Shown here in pieces: positions 63,642-64,000 of a stretch of 64,000 bases of DNA. The stretch spans positions 6,222 to 70,221 of the forward strand of contig CAZHVK010000004.1 in assembly GCA_964535955.1 (NCBI GenBank), written 5' to 3'. This stretch comes from an uncultured Methanosarcinales archaeon (lineage in GTDB: Archaea > Nanobdellota > Nanobdellia > Woesearchaeales > CAXGTL01). A model generated the notes under the pieces. It ran no database searches and had not been told where the DNA came from. It saw only the letters and a list, made by a program, of their open reading frames with translations. Position numbers and translations under genes: made by a program. Each line of letters begins with the position of its first letter. Within the stretch, counting starts at the first letter, position 1.

Positions 63642-64000
63642 CAAACTTCCTAACATCACAACAAACTTTAGAACAGATTTGTGATATTGAACCGTCTAAA
63701 GATCTAGGAAATGGTATTATGAAATCTGTACTAGGTTTACCTAGTGTAACTATTTCTACAATTGCATCAAAACACCTTATTTATGAAATAATATACACTA
63801 TAAGAAGAAATCCTATAATTTCTTCTTTATCTGATAAGATTGGTGAATGTACTATAAATGGTATTGGTTTTGTTTTACTTGGAGCAGTATTTCTAGGGGG
63901 TGTATATTGTTTATTAGATGCCACTTCATCTTTTTCATCAACAATGAAAAAAGAATCAAGTTCTGTGTATTATGTTAATCAAGGATATTCAAACAAAAAC
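63638..64000 (+). CDS. Partial membrane protein running off the window end
   Basis: ATGA overlap with the upstream stop; the frame appears open to 64000 with hydrophobic segments. Confidence 0.55.
   Translation, partial: MTNFLTSQQTLEQICDIEPSKDLGNGIMKSVLGLPSVTISTIASKHLIYEIIYTIRRNPIISSLSDKIGECTINGIGFVLLGAVFLGGVYCLLDATSSFSSTMKKESSSVYYVNQGYSNKN

Overview
AT-rich archaeal chromosome segment. The gene content and style (exosome/proteasome superoperon, prefoldin-FtsY, histone-fold protein, GGTGA ribosome-binding sites, TTTATA boxes) suggest a DPANN lineage, probably Woesearchaeota; this is inference. Core genes: metG, gltX, argS, rnp2-psmA-sdo1-rrp4-rrp41-rrp42, rnhB, pfdA-ftsY and an intein-containing gyrB. 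Five main observations. (1) A four-copy intergenic structured element (3518, 10293, 18924, 49711) has covarying stems and invariant AGTGA/GAACGA strands, and I cannot assign it to a known RNA class. (2) A 51-54 bp double-hairpin micro-element is inserted in two of those copies and, nested and in frame, inside ftsY. Related hairpins sit in short leader ORFs in front of rrp41, rrp42, psmA and ftsY. (3) A free-standing LAGLIDADG endonuclease starts with the RNase HII N-terminus and precedes a recoded copy of it. (4) A bacterial FliM/FliN-like fusion protein has no flagellar neighbours in the window. (5) A tandem pair of AEP primase-like paralogues. The right end is an accessory cluster of membrane and secreted proteins, including a receptor-like kinase. 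No rRNA, tRNA or CRISPR array was recognised. All calls were made by eye, without database searches.
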